A DNA stretch of 64,000 bases from the NCBI RefSeq assembly GCF_009914755.1, contig NC_060935.1; one strand, given 5' to 3'. The translations under genes and the position numbers were made by a program. This document shows positions 45,710 through 64,000 of the stretch, in pieces (within the stretch, counting starts at the first letter, position 1; every line of letters starts with the position of its first letter). The notes under the pieces were generated by a model. It ran no database searches. It had not been told where the DNA came from and saw only the letters and a list, made by a program, of their open reading frames with translations. The stretch is from the human T2T-CHM13v2.0 reference genome, Homo sapiens.

Positions 45710-47175
45710 TTCATTTTAACTATTTTTAAGTGTACAATTCGGTGGCATTAAGGACATCCACAACATTGTGCAACCATCCCCGCTGTCCATTTCCAGTACT
45801 TTTTCATCCAAACAGAAACCCTGTACCCATTAGACACTAACTTTCTATTCCCCTGGATCCCCCAGCCCCTGGTGATCTATGAATTTGCCTATTCTGGGGC
45901 TCAAGTAAGTGAAATCATAAAATATGTCCTTTTGAGTTTGGTGTATTTAGTATATTTTCAAGGCTTGTGCATCAGAATTCCATTCCTTTTCGAGACTGAG
46001 TAATATTCCATTGTGCATATATACCACATTTTGTTCATTCATCTGTTAATGGGCACTTGGGATGTTTCTACCTTTGGCTACTGTAAACAATGCTGCTATG
46101 AAAATTGGCGTACATGTAGATATGGGAGTCCCTGCTTTCAGTTCTTTCGGATATTTACTAAGAAGTGAAACTGCTGGATCATATAGTAATTCTGTGCTTA
46201 AATTTTTGAGAAATTGCCAAACTGTTTTCCACAGTGACTTTACTGTTCTCCAGTCCCACTGACAGTGGACAAAGGTTCCAATTTCTCCACATCCTTGCCA
46301 ACAGTTATTTTCCTTTTTCAAATAATAGCTATCCTAATGGGCGTGGAGCGGTGTCTTATTGTTTTGATTTGCATTTCTCTAATAGCTAGTGATGTTGAGT
46401 ATCTTTTCATGTTGACCATTTTTATATCTTTGGAAAAATGTCCGTTGAAGTCTTTGGCCCATTTTCGAATTAGATTGTTTTGTTGCTATTGTTGAATTGT
46501 TGGAGTTCTTTATATATTCTGGATGTTAATTAGATATGTGATTTGTAGATATTTTCTGTCATTCTGCAGTTTGTGTTTTCACTCTCAATAGTGTCCTTTG
46601 ATGCACAAAAGTTTAACTTTGATGAATTCCAGTTTATCTATTTTTTTCTTTTGTTGCCTGTAGTTTTGGTGTCATTTTTAAGAAATCGTTGTGAAATATA
46701 ATGTTATGAAGCTTTTCTCCTAAGTCTTCTTCTAAGCTAAGAGTTTTATAGTCTTAGCTCTTAAGCTTAGGTCTTTGATCCATTTTGAGTTCAGTTTTGT
46801 ATATGGTTTAAGGTAAGGGTCCAGCTTCACTCTTCTGCAAGTTGCTATCCAGTCTCTGCAACATTTGTTGCATCCCCATTCAATTGTCCTGGCAGATCAA
46901 TTGACCAAACATGTGAGGATTTATTTCTGGGCTCTCTATTCCAAATGTCTGTCTTTATGCCAATATCACACTGTTTGATTACTGTAGCTTCGTAGTAAGT
47001 TTTGAAATCAGGAAGTATGAGTCTTCCGTCTCAAGATTGTGTGATTTCATATGAATTTTAAGATGGATTTTTCTGTTTCTGTGAAAAAACAAAACAAAAC
47101 CCTGTTGGGCTATTAAGTATTGCATTGAATCTGTAGATTGTTTTAGGTAGTCTTGTCATAACAGTATTGTCTTCT
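45710..47175 (-). mobile_element. L1MB-like 3' portion (its extreme 3' end lies at ~43070-43120)
   Basis: ORF2 C-terminal motif NNCWQGCGEIGTFVHCQW...LYDPAVSLL.KYPKE and a typical L1MB 3'UTR. Confidence 0.8.
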
Positions 47176-48743
47176 AACCCTCAAATGCCATAGAGCTTTA
47201 AAGTTAATTATTGTAAATTAGTAATTAACAGAATACAATTACTTTTAGTTTACACTATGGCTTTTGAGTGTAAGGTGTTTGGTGAATTTTATTCTTTTAG
47301 AGTAACTGTCATCAGCGTCCTCACTGTGATACCTAGTACGTAACCTAAAGTTGAGGTTGAAGACCTGCAGTCTGCAGGCAGAATGTGACCTGTCCTTGTG
47401 TTTTATTTGGCTGTTACCATTTGACCTTCCTTGTGTCTTAAATTCAAAGTAAATATATTCATTTCCAAAGATCATGGGTTTTAATATAAAAATTCCGCTC
47501 TGGTTTTAAAGAAATTAGAACATCTGGCAGCAGGGGCTAAGTAGTGGCAGCCCCGCTTCAGTTGGTGAAGAGAGCCTGTGGTCTCTTCGAGGGGGCTGAG
47601 TATGGGTCTCCATTTTGGTCTTACCCTCTAGCTCCCCATTCCCTGTCTGTGATGTAGAGGCAGTTGAGTTTTCAACCTTTGTTGAAAACGAGGAAAAGAG
47701 AACATTGGTTTGAAATGATCTTTTGTAGTAAATATTTAACACCATGGCAGGTTTCAAGTGAACCAAAAACCACATTTCATAGCAGAATGGCCCTGCGATT
47801 GGTTGGACTCCACCCTGCCCCTTATCCTCTTCTGAAGAGGCTTTCTGTGTAATACTGTAGAATGTTTTTCCGTCTAGCCACTTCCTATTAGAAGAATGAT
47901 TATTTGCGGCTTGATTAGCTTCCTCAGGATCTACATTAAAAAAAATCCTGCTGGGCTATTGTTTTGCAAGATTAATCGTGTGAATTGATAAAAGTCATTG
48001 AAACTCAATGTTGGTTAGTGTTGTTTTTAAACAATAGGAATAGTATTCAGGACAGATTAAAATCAGATTAAAATATTTTAAGTATTGCTTTTAAAAGATT
48101 AAATACAGAGCACAGACTCAAGCCTGATAAGCTCCCAGCCAAACAGTTTTTACATGTAGTTTTCCCTGTGTATGTGTAGTCAGTGAAGATGCTGAACTTG
48201 TCACAAAATGTGGATGCATGAGGCATATTATTGTAACTTGAATTCAGATGGCCCCAAAATTACCCCATTCACTCAGCATAATTGGTTAAACTTGGTCTGG
48301 GTGATATCTGTAAGTCATCAAAGGAAGGAATTTTAGGACAAGGAAAGGATGGTTTGATTGTTCCAGGGGGGAAAAAACCATAAAATTTTAAGAAAATCAT
48401 TGTTCAGGGAAGGCTGCAAGCACTGGTAAGGAAACAGAGTTTTCCAATAAGTTAACTGAAATCGGGAGTAACAGACCTCTGAAGAGTCTATCTTTGGGAA
48501 AATCTCTGACTTCATTCTTGACATGATTGAGGACTTCATGTACAATGAATTAGCAATGCGAATCATCTAGGCATATAAACTGGAAGGAAATAAGAAGGTT
48601 TGTAGAGCAAGCAACACCAGATACTCATGCTTGCTCCAGAGAAGTTTTCCAGGAAAAGCAAATGTCATCTTCTCTCTCTGCTTCACTAACTTTAAATTTT
48701 GAGACCTCAGGCAGTCTAGTCCATGAAGAAAACACTCCAGAAT

Positions 48744-48828
48744 GACCGAGATACTTAAGTTTTTAACAACATTTAAAATAATATGAAAAATAAAATAAAA
48801 TGTTGTTAAAAACTTAAGTATCTCAGTC
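48744..48828. repeat. Perfect 27-bp inverted repeat with 23-nt spacer
   Basis: GAGATACTTAAGTTTTTAACAACATTT (48748-48774) is the exact reverse complement of 48798-48824. Confidence 0.95.
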
Positions 48829-49699
48829 GTAATTTGTGTCCTTTTTTTTCTTTTGATATTTGTTCAGAAATAGACTCCCAACTTATAATATTAATAATAT
48901 ACCTGTAGAAAATAGGGACGGCCTTCTTTTTTTCACATTGCACAGTCTCCCCCAGGTGGTTCTGCCTAATCTCTAGGCTTAAAATTCTTCCAGCCTGGTA
49001 ATGAATAGAAAATCCTTACTTCCAGCTCACGTTACCCTCTGGAATGCCCATCCTCTATTTTTGTCTGGTGGACAAAAAACGCGGCACTTGGTAAGCTGTG
49101 AGTCCTTCCAGTATGATGCCACTCAAAACTGAAGTTTATCAGTCTCCAATCCTCAGCCCCCTCCCTACCACCCGTCCAATTTCTTTGGCTGTTAGCCTTG
49201 CCATTCTCCCAGTTGTCAGAATTAGAAAGCTGGACTCATTCCAATCCTTCCTTCATGTCCCCTGTCCAAGTATTTCTCATCTGTCGCTTTCCTATTCACA
49301 CTGCTCCTGCCTTTGTTCATCATCTTTTGCCTGGATGAATGCAGTGGCTTCCTAACTGGTCTCCTTTCTATACTTCATCTTTCCTGATCACACCTTCCTA
49401 CCTTCCAAAGTATGCATAGCAGGGTCATGCACACGCTGGAAGGGAGCCCAAGCACACTTTCCTTGGAGAAGAGTTCTGAAGGCTCAGCCCCTCATCCTCC
49501 GTAGCTGTCGCTCTCCTGTGCCAAGTCCGTGCATGCCTCTGTTACAGCTCTTCTCAGTTGCAGCATGCTCACTGTCTCCATGTCCTCACCTCACATTCAC
49601 AGCGTGCACCTTACATTGTAATCCTGTTTCTCTACATCTGGATCCTGTCTCAGAGTATATATGCTCCCTAAATACACATGTTGAGTCTTGTTTACCCAG

Positions 49700-50124
49700 T
49701 GTGTTTGTTTGCTAGAGCTGCTGTAACAAAGATGCCACAAATGGAGTGACTTAAGCAACAGAAATTTATTGTTTCACTTTTCTGGTTTTCTGGAGGCTAG
49801 AAGTCCCAGTTCAAGGTGTTAGCAGGACTGGACTCCTTCTGAAGGCACTAACAAAGGGCCTGTTCCAGGCCTCGCTCTTGGCTTTTGGCAGCGTAACTCC
49901 ATCTTCACGTGGCGCTCCCTCTGTGTGCATGCATGTCTGTCTGTTCACATTTCGCCTTCTCAGAAGGACACCAGTCATATTGGATTAAGGGCCCACCCTG
50001 CTCCAGTATGACCTCCTCCCACTTACATCAGCAGTGACCATATTTCCAAATAAGGTCACATTCAGAGGTATTTGGGGCTAGGATTTCAGTAAATGAAATT
50101 TGAGGCCCTATTCAACCTATAAGA
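49700..50124 (-). mobile_element. MaLR solo LTR (MLT1B/C-like)
   Basis: 'gctgctgtaacaaa...caacagaaatttatt...aaggacaccagtcatattggattaagggccc...ccaaataaggtcacattc'. Confidence 0.8.
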
Positions 50125-50352
50125 CCCAGTGGCTAGTGTGTTGACTGACATAACTGTAAAGTAATCAAGTGAAATGATCTTTGAATAAAGGGTCAGAATT
50201 TTATTTTCTTCAAAGTTATGTTTATGACAAATAAAAGCTTATGATCTTGGGAATACTTTCCCATCTCTAGTTTTCCAGTATATTCATAGTAGCTGTTGAA
50301 TTGTTGCGCGTCAAAAGATGCTGGTGGAGTATTCTAGTTCTAGCTCTGTCTT

Positions 50353-52392
50353 TTTTTTTTTTTTTTTTTTTTTAATTTATTTTTTTATTGATAATTCTTG
50401 GGTGTTTCTCACAGAGGGGGATTTGGCAGGGTCATGGGACAATAGTGGAGGGAAGGTCAGCAGATAAACAAGTGAACAAAGGTCTCTGGTTTTCCTAGGC
50501 AGAGGACCCTGCGGCCTTCCGCAGTGTTTGTGTCCCTGATTACTTGAGATTAGGGATTGGTGATGACTCTTAACGAGCATGCTGCCTTCAAGCATCTGTT
50601 TAACAAAGCACATTTTGCACCGCCCTTAATCCATTTAACCCTGAGTGGACACAGCACATGTTTCAGGGAGCACAGGGTTGGGGGTAAGGTCACAGATCAA
50701 CAGGATCCCAAGGCAGAGGAATTTTTCTTAGTGCAGAACAAAATGAAAAGTCTCCCATGTCTACTTCTTTCTACACAGACACGGCAACCATCCGATTTCT
50801 CAATCCCTTCCCCACCTTTCCTGCCCCTCCACTCCACAAAGCCGCCATTGTCATCCTGGCCCGCTCTCAATGAGCCGTTGGGCACACCTCCCAGACGGGG
50901 TGGTGGCCGGGCAGAGGGGCTCCTCACCTCCCAGTAGGGGCGGCCGGGCAGAGGCGCCCCTCACCTCCCGGACGGGGCGGTTGGCCGGGCGGGGGGGCTG
51001 ACCCCCCCCCCATCTCCCTCCCGGACGGGGCGGCTGGCCGGGCGGGGGGCCGACACCCCCACCTCCCTCCCGGACGGGGCGGCTGGCCGGGCGGGGGGCC
51101 GACCCCCCCACCTCCCTCCCGGACGGGGCGGCTGGCCGGGCGGGGGGCCGACCCCCCCACCTCCCTCCCGGACGGGGCGGCTGGCTGGGTGGGGGGCCGA
51201 CACCCCCACCTCCCTCCCGGACGGGGCGGCTGGCCGGGCGGGGGGCTGACCCCCCCACCTCCCTCCCGGACGGGGCGGCTGGCCGGGCAGAGGGGCTCCT
51301 CACTTCCCAGTAGGGGCGGCCGGGCAGAGGCGCCCCTCACCTCCCGGACGGGGCGGCTGGCCAGGCAGGGGGGCTGACCCCCCCCACCTCCCTCCCGGAC
51401 GGCATGGCTGGCCAGGCGGGGGGCTGAACCCCCCACCTCCCTCCCGGACGGGGCGGCTGGTCGGGCGGGGGGCTGACCCCCCCCCACCTCCCTCCCGGAC
51501 GGGGTGGCTGCCGGGTGGAGACGCTCCTCACTTCCCAGATGGGGTGGCTGCCGGGCGGAGGGGCTCCTCACTTCTCAGACGGGGCGGTTGCCAGGCAGAG
51601 GGTCTCCTCACTTCTCAGACGGGGCGGCCGGGCAGAGACGCTCCTCACCTCCCAGACGGGGTCTCGGCCGGGCAGAGGCGCTCCTCACATCCCAGATGGG
51701 GCGGCGGGGCAGAGGCGCTCCCCACATCTCAGACGATGGGCGGAGGGGCAGAGACGCTCCTCACTTCCTAGATGTGATGGCGGCTGGGAAGAGGCGCTCC
51801 TCACTTCCTAGATGTGATGGCGGCTGGGCAGAGGCGCTCCTCACTTCCTAGATGGGATGGCGGCTGGGCGGAGACGCTCCTCACTTTCCAGACTGGGCAG
51901 CCAGGCAGAGGGGCTCCTCACATCCCAGATGATGGGCGGCCAGGCAGAGACACTCCTCACTTCCCAGACGGGGTGGCGGCCGGGCAGAGGCTGCAATCTC
52001 GGCACTTTGGGAGGCCAAGGCAGGCGGCTGGGAGGTGTAGGTTGTAGCGAGCCGAGATCACGCCACTGCACTCCAGCCTGGGCACCATTGAGCACTGAGT
52101 GAACGAGACTCCGTCTGCAATCCCGGCACCTCGGGAGGCCGAGGTTGGCGGATCACTCGCGGTTAGGGGCTGGAGACCGGCCCGGCCAACACAGCGAAAC
52201 CCCGTCTCCACCAAAACCAGTCAGGCGTGGCGGCGCGTGCCTGCAATCGCAGGCATTGGGCAGACTGAGGCAGGAGAATCAGGCAGGGAGGTTGCAGTGA
52301 GCCGAGATGGCAGCAGTACAGTCCAGCTTCGGCTCCGCATGAGAGGGAGACCGTGGGGAGAGGGAGGGGGAGGGGGAGGGGGAAGGAGAGGG
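50353..52392 (-). mobile_element. Full-length young SVA (probably SVA_F/E), antisense in APLP2 intron 1
   Basis: Hexamer head, Alu-like domain, long GC-rich VNTR (~50890-51980), complete SINE-R, poly(A). 11-bp TSD AGCTCTGTCTT at 50342-50352 and 52393-52403. Variants such as 'ccaccaaaaccagtcagg' and 'ccctgattacttg' resemble young subfamilies. Confidence 0.95.
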
Positions 52393-52899
52393 AGCTCTGT
52401 CTTGATGATAGAATACCACTTAGTTTGCAATACAGTTAACGTGTGAATAAACTAACAAAGAACAGGAAGGGAGAGATGCCTATGAAATCTTGAAGATGGC
52501 AAACAGACTGAGCCAGCAAATCAGAAAAGGCTGAGACCTCATCTTAGCCGGGAGGAGCCAAGTAAAAGCAACCTCATTTGCAGAGCAAACTCAGATCTGA
52601 GAGATAGAAAGCACCAGGGCCTCTGAAGACATGCTGAGGCCCCAGGGGACATAGATGAAACTAAATGTGAGCATTTAGCCCCCTGAATACCCCTCCCTAC
52701 CTGGCAGTCTAGGAAAAGACTTGAGGTTTACTTGGGGAGAGTGGGCCCAGCAGAAGGTGAGGGACTGAGCAGTGAAAGTCTCCCTAACCAGGCCCGGGGC
52801 AGAGAACTGACTGAAGGATTCCTCCCTGGAGAGGCAAAGGCCGCTCTTGACCTTGTGCATGTGCAGGAAACTTCCAGAAACTTCCAACCATCTTCTTAG

Positions 52900-64000
<11,101 letters not shown>

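Noticed and set aside
50890-51980. Repeat array superficially like CRISPR or a novel tandem system
   Set aside because: It is the SVA VNTR; there are no unique spacers and the context is human.

Overview
Human genomic DNA, Alu-dense, which I recognise as the 5' end of APLP2 (amyloid beta precursor-like protein 2, chr11q24). About 29 kb of upstream intergenic sequence leads into a TATA-less CpG-island promoter (~29.0-31.2 kb). Coding exon 1 (30091-30195, signal peptide) follows, then a second phase-compatible candidate first exon lacking a signal peptide (30726-30860), and ~33 kb of intron 1. Exon 2 is not in the window. Other content: two ribosomal-protein processed pseudogenes (RPL10-derived, nested in a Tigger3 transposon; RPL34-derived, antisense in intron 1), two SVA retrotransposons with intact TSDs, ~50 Alus, MaLR LTRs, hAT elements and old L1/L2/HAL1 fragments. 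Nearly all ORFs in the supplied track are repeat-derived or GC-rich artefacts. I see no convincing new gene system. The best leads are the CpG-gaining RPL10 retrocopy, the young antisense SVA in intron 1, a perfect 27-bp intronic hairpin, a fossil twin-primed L1 with an Alu-associated deletion, and small templated duplications. All family and gene assignments are from remembered consensus sequences, not database searches, and repeat boundaries are approximate.
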